Shown here: one piece after another, positions 49,361 through 56,959 of the stretch
Layout of the letters: each line of letters begins with the position of its first letter
Numbering within the stretch: the first letter of the stretch is position 1
Assembly: GCA_963705105.1 (NCBI GenBank)
Contig: CAVPIW010000006.1
Coordinates: forward strand, 288,001-352,000
Source of the DNA: an uncultured Nitrospiraceae bacterium
Lineage (GTDB): Bacteria; Nitrospirota; Thermodesulfovibrionia; Thermodesulfovibrionales; Dissulfurispiraceae
Length of the DNA stretch: 64,000 nucleotides
Reading direction: 5' to 3'
Program-made: the position numbers and the translations under genes
The notes under the pieces: generated by a model
Told to the model about the DNA's origin: nothing
The model's database searches: none
Seen by the model: only the letters and a program-made list of their open reading frames with translations

Positions 49361-50103
49361 TCGAAATCAGGGACCTCCACAAATCCTTCGGTACGCAGCA
49401 GGTGTTGAAAGGCGTCGATCTCACCATCAACGATGGAGAACTCATGGCGATTATCGGCGAGAGCGGCGGGGGAAAGAGTGTCTTTTTGAAGCACCTCATC
49501 GGACTCCTGAAGCCGGACAGGGGGAGCATTGTCGTCGAAGGCAAGGACATCGTCGGCCTCAGGGGCGCCGAACTCGATGCGATCAGGGAGCACGTCGGGG
49601 TCGTGTTCCAGGGGGGAGCGCTTTTTGATTCCCTGACTGTGTATGACAATGTCGCCTTTCCCTTGAGGGAAAAGACACGACTCTCCCGTGAGCAAATCCA
49701 CCACAGGGTTATTGAGGCACTCGAGGACGTGGGCCTCATGGGCCGGGAGCAGAAATATCCGGCGGAGATCAGCGGAGGCATGAAGAAGCGGGTCGCCCTT
49801 GCGCGGGCCCTTATCTCGGAGCCGAAGATCGTGCTTTTCGATGAGCCGACAACGGGACTCGATCCCATAAGGCTCCACGCGATCCATCGCCTGATAATGG
49901 AAACTCATAAAAAATATCGCTTTACCGGCGTGATGATAAGCCACGACATCCCCGAGATTTTCGAGGTCGTCGACAGAATCGCCTTTCTCTGCAACGGGAT
50001 GATCGCAATCGTCGACACGCCCGCTGAAGTGACCGGGTCGACGGACCCCGTCGTGATCCAGTTCCTTCAGGGAAATCCTGAAGGCCCTATCGAAATACAT
50101 TAA
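49357..50103 (+). CDS. mlaF: MlaF ABC ATPase
   Basis: GESGGGKS, ISGGMKKRVALARA and DEPTTGLD; GTG start overlaps the mlaE stop. Confidence 0.93.
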   Translation: MIEIRDLHKSFGTQQVLKGVDLTINDGELMAIIGESGGGKSVFLKHLIGLLKPDRGSIVVEGKDIVGLRGAELDAIREHVGVVFQGGALFDSLTVYDNVAFPLREKTRLSREQIHHRVIEALEDVGLMGREQKYPAEISGGMKKRVALARALISEPKIVLFDEPTTGLDPIRLHAIHRLIMETHKKYRFTGVMISHDIPEIFEVVDRIAFLCNGMIAIVDTPAEVTGSTDPVVIQFLQGNPEGPIEIH

Positions 50104-50130
50104 GATACGGAAGATACAGGAGGTTCATCC

Positions 50131-50571
50131 GTGAAGAAAATTGATCTCGAACTGGCTGTCGGTTTCTTTCTCCTTGTCGGCATCCTCTGCCTCGGGTATA
50201 TGTCTATCAAGCTTGGCAGGATGGAGGTGGTTGGAGGAGGATACCAGACACTCTATGCCGACTTCGTTCAGGCCGGCGGGATCAAGCCCGGCTCCAGCGT
50301 CGAGATAGCCGGCGTGGAGATCGGCAGGGTGAAAAGCGTGAGGCTTGAACAGTATCAGGCCGTTGTCGAGCTGTCGGTATCGAAAAGCGTCGGTATCCAG
50401 GAGGACTCCATCGCCTCGATCCGGACAAAGGGGCTCATCGGAGAGAAATTCGTCCAGATCACCCCCGGGGGCTCGGAGAAGCTTCTCCAGGACGGTGGGA
50501 AGATCAGGGAGACCGAATCGGCCATCGATGTGGAAGAGCTCATTTCGAAGTATGTTTTCGGCAAGGTGTAG
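50131..50571 (+). CDS. mlaD: MlaD MCE protein
   Basis: ELAVGFF, VEIAGVEIGRV, TKGLIGEKFVQI. Confidence 0.93.
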   Translation: MKKIDLELAVGFFLLVGILCLGYMSIKLGRMEVVGGGYQTLYADFVQAGGIKPGSSVEIAGVEIGRVKSVRLEQYQAVVELSVSKSVGIQEDSIASIRTKGLIGEKFVQITPGGSEKLLQDGGKIRETESAIDVEELISKYVFGKV

Positions 50572-50595
50572 GCGCGGCCGTTCACCATGAATACA

Positions 50596-50807
50596 CCTTA
50601 TCGTTGCAATAGGACATCCGGAAAGGCGGGATGAAGATGCCGAAAAGCCTTGGTGCTGCGAAACCTTTGCCTTCCCATAGGGATCATTTCAAGCGAATGA
50701 TTGATCGCATAAAAGATGGGATCCCGAATGTCCAATTTCAAATGATCATGCTCGCTATCAGCAAGGTATTGAGGCACTTCGTCCTGCCTTTTCATGCAAC
50801 AGGAAGA
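50596..50807 (-). mobile_element. MITE-like repeat copy 7 (degenerate core C, reverse orientation)
   Basis: CCTTATCGTTGCAAT...TGCAACAGGAAGA; TACA direct repeats. Confidence 0.75.
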
Positions 50808-50834
50808 TACACATATGAAGAATAGAGGAGGTTC

Positions 50835-51461
50835 ATGATGAGGAAGAATCTGTTCGTAATCGTGCTTATCGGTATGCTTCTGGTCTGCTGGGCCGCCCGG
50901 CCGGCCCTGGCGGGAGAACCGACGACACAGGTGAAGACAACGGTCGACAAGGTCATTGATATCCTGAAGAACAAGGAACTGAAGAAACCCTCGAAGACGG
51001 AGGAGAGGAGGGCGATGCTCCGGCGGGCCGTCACGGAACGGTTCGATTTCGAGGAGATGTCGAAACGGACACTCGCTATCCACTGGCAGAAGAGGACGGC
51101 AGAGGAGAGAAAGGAGTTCGTCTCCCTCTTCAGCGACCTGCTCGAGCGTTCCTATGTCAACAAGATCGAGAGTTACACCGATGAAAAGGTGAACTACACG
51201 CAGGAGAATATTGAAGGGGAATACGCGCTCGTCAAGACCGTCATCGTCACGAAGAAGAACATCGAGGTCCCCATTGATTACAAGCTTATCCGGAAGAGCA
51301 CCCAATGGAAGGCATACGATATCGTCATTGAGGGTGTGAGCCTCGTCAACAACTACCGGGGACAGTTCAACAAGGTCATCAGGTCCCAATCCTATGAGGA
51401 ACTCGTCACGCGGCTCAGGAACAAGCAGGAAAAGGCGCTCTTCGAGGAGAAAACCAAGTAA
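50835..51461 (+). CDS. mlaC: MlaC/Ttg2D periplasmic protein
   Basis: FDFEEMS and WKAYDIVIEGVSLVNNYRGQF. Confidence 0.92.
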   Translation: MMRKNLFVIVLIGMLLVCWAARPALAGEPTTQVKTTVDKVIDILKNKELKKPSKTEERRAMLRRAVTERFDFEEMSKRTLAIHWQKRTAEERKEFVSLFSDLLERSYVNKIESYTDEKVNYTQENIEGEYALVKTVIVTKKNIEVPIDYKLIRKSTQWKAYDIVIEGVSLVNNYRGQFNKVIRSQSYEELVTRLRNKQEKALFEEKTK

Positions 51462-51463
51462 GA

Positions 51464-51577
51464 ACAGTGCGAGTGTGAGTGTCAGTGACAGTTCAGGGAA
51501 GACCCGAATAAGATAATGGTCAGTGCCGGTGTCAGTTTCAGAACGAACTTGACAGTCGGCGGCGAAACGCCTCAAAG
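51464..51577 (+). repeat. Free (AGTGTC/AGTGTG)n hexamer tracts and a MITE left-arm fragment
   Basis: ACAGTGCGAGTGTGAGTGTCAGTGAC; GTCAGTGCCGGTGTCAGT; GGCGGCGAAACGCCTCAAAG. Confidence 0.55.
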
Positions 51578-51724
51578 TCTATAGACAACGATTCTGTCGG
51601 GTCTGCTCCACGGGCAGACCGTCTCATCACATGTCGGGCCGTTCGGGGAACGGCCCCTGCAATTGCCTGATTTTATCCTCTGCGTCATCCGCCGTTGCCC
51701 TTACACGATGGTCTTGCGATTATC

Positions 51725-51751
51725 TAAAGCTATGGCTATAAGTCCCGATCA
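51725..51751 (+). promoter_or_regulatory. Sigma28-like promoter of TBDR1-yfiR1
   Basis: TAAA-N15-CCCGATCA. Confidence 0.55.
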
Positions 51752-51768
51752 TATATGAGAGGCACTTT

Positions 51769-53811
51769 ATGCGGAGAATCTGCCGACGGAGGTCAATGAA
51801 CGCCATGGATATCGCTGCAAGGAATTCAGGGAGAATGATCGGGGCTTTTCTGCTCCCGGTTTTCATGTTCGCCATCTGGTTCAATCCCTGCGTCCTGCAT
51901 GCGCAGGATGCAGACAAACTTGTAGACATGAGCATGGAGGATCTCATTAACGTCAAGGTCTACGGTGCTTCAAAGTTCGAGCAGAGCCTCATCGACGCCC
52001 CGTCGTCAGTCACAATCATTACTGCCGACGACATCAGGAAATACGGCTACCGCACCCTCGCAGACCTCCTCAGGAGCGTCAGGAGCTTATCCGTCACCAA
52101 TGACAGGAACTATTCCTACCTGGGCGCCCGGGGCTTCGGCAGGACCGGTGATTACAACAGCCGCTTCCTCGTCGTCGTCGACGGGCACCGCATCAATGAC
52201 AATGTCTATGATTCGACGCTCTTCGGGACGGAGTTCATCATCGATGTAGACCTCATCGACAAGGTTGAGATCATCCGCGGGCCGGGCTCGTCCCTGTACG
52301 GCAATAACGCCTTTTTCGGCGTCGTCAACATCATCACGAGAAAGGCCCGGTCTATTGGACGCCCCGAGTTGTCGGCGGAGGCGGGGAGATATGATTCCTA
52401 CAAGGGAAGGGTGAGCTACGGGCATGACTTTGCCAACGGCGTGGAACTCGCATTGTCAGGCTCCCTCTATGACAGCAACGGCCAGGAGCGGCTCTTCTAC
52501 AAGGAATTTGACGACCCTTCGACGAACAACGGAGTGGCGGAGCACGGTGATTACGACCGGAATTACAGCCTCTTCGGCAATGTCCTCTATAAGGATGTGA
52601 CCCTCCAGGGCGCCTTCGTCTCGAGGACGAAGGGCATCCCGACGGGATCCTTCGACGCCGATTTCAATGAACGCCGGAACCAGACCACGGACGAACGGGG
52701 TTATGTCGATCTGAAGTACGAGCACGTCTTCGAGAATGAGCTCAGCATCATGGCGCGTCTGTACTATGATTGGTACTATTACAGAGCAACCTATGTTTAT
52801 TCCGGCATACAAAACAAAGACTCCTCAAGGGGCGAGTGGCTGGGCGGCGAGGTCCTGCTCCAGAAGAAACTCTTCGAAAAGCACAGGATCACCCTCGGCG
52901 CCGAGTATATTCACAATGCAAAGCAGGACCAGGGAAACTACAACCAGGATCCCTTTGAGCTCTTCACCGACGAACAGAGAGACTCCGACAAATGGGCCGT
53001 CTATGTCCAGGACGAGTTCCCGGTCCTCCCGAATCTGCTCCTCAATGCCGGTCTCCGCTACGACTATTACGAATCCTTCGGAGGCACCGCAAATCCCCGG
53101 CTGGCCCTTATCTATCGCCCCCTGCCGGCGACGATTTTCAAACTCCTCTACGGAACAGCCTTCAGGGCGCCCAATGCTTATGAGCTCTACTACACGGACT
53201 ACGGCTCCCAACGGGGCAACCCTGATCTGGATCCCGAGACGATCAGGACCTATGAGCTTGTCTACGAACAGTATATCGGCGACAACGTCCGTTTGACGGC
53301 ATCCGGCTTCTATTACACCGTTGATGACATCATCGTCCAGATCGAGGACCCCTCGGACGGGGTGTTAGTTTTTACGAATGCCGGTAAGGTGAAGGCGAAA
53401 GGCGTCGAGATCGGCGTCGAAGGAAGATGGGAAAACGGTATCAAGGGGAGATTCAGTTATACCTATCAGGACGCCGAGGACGACCAGACGGGAGAGAGGC
53501 CCATCAACTCGCCGGAGCATCAGGCAAAAGGCAACCTCATCATCCCGCTCTGGAAGGATAATGTCTTCGCCGGGCTTGAAGTCCTCTACACGGGCAAGAG
53601 AAAGACCCTCGCCGGAGATTATGTCGACGATTTCTTCGTCACGAATGTAACCCTTTTCAGCCAGAAGATCATGAAGGGGCTCGAAGTGTCCGCAAGCATC
53701 TATAACCTTTTCGACAAAAAGTACCGCGATCCTGCCGGCACGGAGCATCGCATGGACAGCATCGAGCAGGACGGGAGGAATTTCCGGGTCAAGGTGACCT
53801 ACGCTTTCTGA
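51769..53811 (+). CDS. TonB-dependent receptor 1 (start uncertain)
   Basis: Plug DAPSSVTIITADDI; VEIIRGPGSSLYG; NLFDKKY; C-terminal YAF. Confidence 0.93.
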   Translation: MRRICRRRSMNAMDIAARNSGRMIGAFLLPVFMFAIWFNPCVLHAQDADKLVDMSMEDLINVKVYGASKFEQSLIDAPSSVTIITADDIRKYGYRTLADLLRSVRSLSVTNDRNYSYLGARGFGRTGDYNSRFLVVVDGHRINDNVYDSTLFGTEFIIDVDLIDKVEIIRGPGSSLYGNNAFFGVVNIITRKARSIGRPELSAEAGRYDSYKGRVSYGHDFANGVELALSGSLYDSNGQERLFYKEFDDPSTNNGVAEHGDYDRNYSLFGNVLYKDVTLQGAFVSRTKGIPTGSFDADFNERRNQTTDERGYVDLKYEHVFENELSIMARLYYDWYYYRATYVYSGIQNKDSSRGEWLGGEVLLQKKLFEKHRITLGAEYIHNAKQDQGNYNQDPFELFTDEQRDSDKWAVYVQDEFPVLPNLLLNAGLRYDYYESFGGTANPRLALIYRPLPATIFKLLYGTAFRAPNAYELYYTDYGSQRGNPDLDPETIRTYELVYEQYIGDNVRLTASGFYYTVDDIIVQIEDPSDGVLVFTNAGKVKAKGVEIGVEGRWENGIKGRFSYTYQDAEDDQTGERPINSPEHQAKGNLIIPLWKDNVFAGLEVLYTGKRKTLAGDYVDDFFVTNVTLFSQKIMKGLEVSASIYNLFDKKYRDPAGTEHRMDSIEQDGRNFRVKVTYAF

Positions 53812-53901
53812 TCCGGCAGCGTGTGTGACGGAATGAACTGCACGGAGCCGATAATGAATAACAGGTTCTCCCGCAAGTCGAATAGGGGAGACATCCGCAG
53901 A

Positions 53902-54522
53902 ATGGTGACTGAGAAGACTGCCCGGCATGATCGCGGCTTCCTTTGCCATGAGCCCTTTGCCGCTTTTTCCGGGAATCGACGGAAAACGGGCATCGTCATG
54001 CTCATCCTCGTCATGATGATAGCCGCCGTGACGGCATTCCATGAGCGCTGTGCGAATGCCCAGGCGGCGCAGGAATATCAGGTCAAGGCGGCATTCATCT
54101 TCAACTTTGCCAAGTTCGTCGAATGGCCTCCGGATGCTCTCGCGGATAAGCAGGCGCCTGTCGTGCTCTGCATTCTCGGGAAAGACCCCTTCAGCGACGC
54201 CTTCGAACCCCTCAAAAAGAGGACCGTCGAGGGCAGGCGGTTCACCGTCAGGCAAATCAGCAGCGTTCAGGAAGTCGAACGGTGCCAGATGCTCTACATC
54301 AGCACATCCGAAAAGGACCGTTTGCCCCAGATCCTCAAGACCGTCAGGAACAGGCATATCCTGACCATCAGCGACATGAAGGGATTTTCAAAAGAAGGCG
54401 GCATGATCACTCTTGTCCGTGACCAGGAGAAGGTCACGATGGAGATCAATCTCGACATCGCCCGTCAGGCCGATCTCAAGATCAGCTCCCAGCTCCTGAA
54501 GCTCGCCACGATCGTCAAATAG
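53902..54522 (+). CDS. YfiR-family (DUF4154) periplasmic protein 1 (start uncertain)
   Basis: [19 protein letters not shown], Cys pair (LCILG / RCQMLY), LKISSQLLKLA. Confidence 0.9.
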   Translation: MVTEKTARHDRGFLCHEPFAAFSGNRRKTGIVMLILVMMIAAVTAFHERCANAQAAQEYQVKAAFIFNFAKFVEWPPDALADKQAPVVLCILGKDPFSDAFEPLKKRTVEGRRFTVRQISSVQEVERCQMLYISTSEKDRLPQILKTVRNRHILTISDMKGFSKEGGMITLVRDQEKVTMEINLDIARQADLKISSQLLKLATIVK

Positions 54523-54567
54523 ACCTTCCCTTTGGTCGAAAGGGCAGCGTCTATCTTACTCACTGTA

Positions 54568-54778
54568 CCTTAACGTTGCAACACAGTCCCGGGAAAGGCG
54601 GGGCGAGGCGCCGAAAACCTTGCTGCGGCGACACCTGTATCGAAAGGCAAGACGAATTATAAACCAATGGTCGATGACACAAAGAGTGGATTCCTGAAAC
54701 ACGAAGCTGACAATGCGTATCGTCGCCTTCAGCAAGGCTTTGAGGCGCCTCGCCCCGCCTTATTATGCAACGGCAAGG
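54568..54778 (-). mobile_element. MITE-like repeat copy 8 (core C, reverse orientation)
   Basis: CCTTAACGTTGCAA...TGCAACGGCAAGG; flanks TGTA/TGAA. Confidence 0.85.
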
Positions 54779-54783
54779 TGAAC

Positions 54784-54810
54784 TCAAGAATGACCCTGAA
54801 TTGCCGACAT
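54784..54810 (+). promoter_or_regulatory. Sigma28-like promoter of TBDR2-TBDR3-yfiR2-HK-DGC
   Basis: TCAA-N15-GCCGACAT. Confidence 0.55.
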
Positions 54811-54855
54811 AATACTAATGGTGAATAGCGGCATTTTCACAGATCGGCAGTCAAG

Positions 54856-56928
54856 GTGATGAAGAGCAAGGGAATTCATATGATGCAGAGCCCATCTCAG
54901 AGGGGCCTGTACAGCCAGATCTTTCTCCTGCTGTTCCTGGGTATTTTCATGAACTACCTCACCCCGTGCAGTTACGCAGCCGGGAGTGACCTGACGACCC
55001 TGAGCATCGAGGACTTGATGAACATCGAGGTCACCTCGGTATCGAAAAGGGCTCAGCCCCTTTCAGATTCTGCCACGGCCATCTTCGTCATCACCCAGGC
55101 GGACATACGGCGCTCGGGGGTGACGAGCATCCCTGAAGCGTTGCGCATGGCGCCGGGCATCGAGGTGGCTCACATCGACGCCAACAAGTGGGCGATCACA
55201 GCCAGGGGATTCAACGGACGCTTCGCCAACAAACTCCTCGTGCTGATCGACGGGCGAACCGTCTATTCGCCTCTTTTTTCGGGAGTCTTCTGGGATGTGC
55301 AGGACACGATGATGGAGGACATCGACAGGATCGAGGTGATCAGGGGGCCGGGCGCCTCGCTGTGGGGCGCCAATGCCGTGAACGGTGTCATCAACATCAT
55401 TACGAAGAATGCCGCAGAGACGGCAGGAGGCCTCATCAGCGCGGGAGGCGGGACGGAGGAGCGATACTTCGGCGGCATGCGCTACGGCTGGGACCTTGGA
55501 AATAACGCCTATCTCAGGGTCTATGGGAAACATTTCAACCGTGACGGTTTTGTCGACGCCCAGGGACAGGACACGGCCGACGGGTGGTATCAGTCGCGGG
55601 GAGGATTCCGGTTGGACTGGGAGAAGTCGGAACGCGACTCCTTTACGGTCCAGGGTGATATATACAGCGGCAAAATAGGCGGGACGCTTCTTATCCCCAC
55701 CCCCAATCCTCCTTATGGGGTAAGCTCCAGCGGGAAGACCAGCGTGTCCGGGGGGAATGTCCTGGCTCTCTGGCGCCGCAATGTCTCGGAAATGTCCGAT
55801 ACGACGCTGCAGATATACTACGACAGGACGAAACGGAGTGATGAGATCATTGAAGAAAGGCGTTATACGATCGATATCGATTTCCAGCACCACCTGATCA
55901 TCGGGGAGCGCAATGAGGTCATATGGGGGCTTGGATACCGGTATACGAAAGACGATTTCAAGGGAGACATAATCGTCTCGCTCGATCCGCCGGAGAAAGG
56001 AGTCAATCTCTTCAGCGCCTTCATCCAGGACGAGATCACTCTCATAAAAGACAGGCTGAGGCTGACGGTAGGGTCGAAATTCGAGCACAACGACTTCACA
56101 GGTTTTGAGGTGCAGCCGACGGGGCGCATTCTCTGGTCTCCCCGGGACGGGCACAGGGTCTGGGCTGCGGTATCGAGGGCTGTCAGGACTCCCTCACGGG
56201 CTGAAGACGATGCCATTGTGCGATCACTGGCTATTCCACCCAACAGCGGTCTCAATCCCTCCCCCTTTCCTGTGTTTGTCGAGTTCCGTGGCTCAAAGGA
56301 TTTCGAATCGGAGACCCTCATCGCCTACGAGGCGGGATACCGGGTGCAGCCCGACGACCGATTATCCGTCGACCTCGCCGTTTTCTACAATAAGTACGAC
56401 AAGCTCAGAACCGCCGATAACCCGGGGGTGTCCGTCCGGCTGTCACCGCCTCCGGCACGGGTAAACGTGTCTGCAGAGGCGGACAATAAAGCCAAGGGGG
56501 AGACCTATGGAGCCGAGCTCGCCGTGGACTGGCAGGCCCTCCCGTGGTGGCGCCTCAAGGCTGCATACACCTATCTGCAGGTGCAGATTCACAAGGTCGA
56601 TGGGAGCGGTGACGTGACCGCCGAGGCGACGGAAGGAGATGTCCCCCATAATCAGTTCTCCCTCCGCTCATTGATGAAACTGGGGAAGAGTGTCGAGTTC
56701 GACGCGTGGTTTCGTTACGTCGACAATCTTCCGGGTTCGGGGATCAAGAGTTATGTGACCTGCGACGCCCGTCTTGCCTGGAAACCCCTGCGGGACCTGG
56801 AGATCGCCCTTGTCGGGCAGAACCTTCTCGATAATCATCATCCCGAACAGGGTCTTGAGCCGCTGTTCTCCAATCAGTCGACAGAGGTGCCGCGGGGTAT
56901 CTACGGGAAGGTCACGTGGAAGTTTTAG
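54856..56928 (+). CDS. TonB-dependent receptor 2
   Basis: LSIEDLMNIEVTSVSK, IEVIRGPGASLWG, C-terminal TWKF. Confidence 0.93.
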   Translation: MMKSKGIHMMQSPSQRGLYSQIFLLLFLGIFMNYLTPCSYAAGSDLTTLSIEDLMNIEVTSVSKRAQPLSDSATAIFVITQADIRRSGVTSIPEALRMAPGIEVAHIDANKWAITARGFNGRFANKLLVLIDGRTVYSPLFSGVFWDVQDTMMEDIDRIEVIRGPGASLWGANAVNGVINIITKNAAETAGGLISAGGGTEERYFGGMRYGWDLGNNAYLRVYGKHFNRDGFVDAQGQDTADGWYQSRGGFRLDWEKSERDSFTVQGDIYSGKIGGTLLIPTPNPPYGVSSSGKTSVSGGNVLALWRRNVSEMSDTTLQIYYDRTKRSDEIIEERRYTIDIDFQHHLIIGERNEVIWGLGYRYTKDDFKGDIIVSLDPPEKGVNLFSAFIQDEITLIKDRLRLTVGSKFEHNDFTGFEVQPTGRILWSPRDGHRVWAAVSRAVRTPSRAEDDAIVRSLAIPPNSGLNPSPFPVFVEFRGSKDFESETLIAYEAGYRVQPDDRLSVDLAVFYNKYDKLRTADNPGVSVRLSPPPARVNVSAEADNKAKGETYGAELAVDWQALPWWRLKAAYTYLQVQIHKVDGSGDVTAEATEGDVPHNQFSLRSLMKLGKSVEFDAWFRYVDNLPGSGIKSYVTCDARLAWKPLRDLEIALVGQNLLDNHHPEQGLEPLFSNQSTEVPRGIYGKVTWKF

Positions 56929-56959
56929 TCTTCCACTTTGCAAGTCATAGGCATCAAAC

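Noticed and set aside
51490..51720. Possible cobalamin or c-di-GMP riboswitch upstream of TBDR1 (hairpins near 51600-51620 and 51636-51656)
   Set aside because: The conserved B12-box and GEMM motifs are not recognisable, and the putative promoter lies downstream of the hairpins. An Rfam scan would settle it.
13229..54778. Repeats with conserved ends and variable middles considered as a CRISPR array or integron attC sites
   Set aside because: Copies are dispersed, lie in both orientations and have target duplications. Cores recur rather than being unique spacers. No cas or integrase gene is present.
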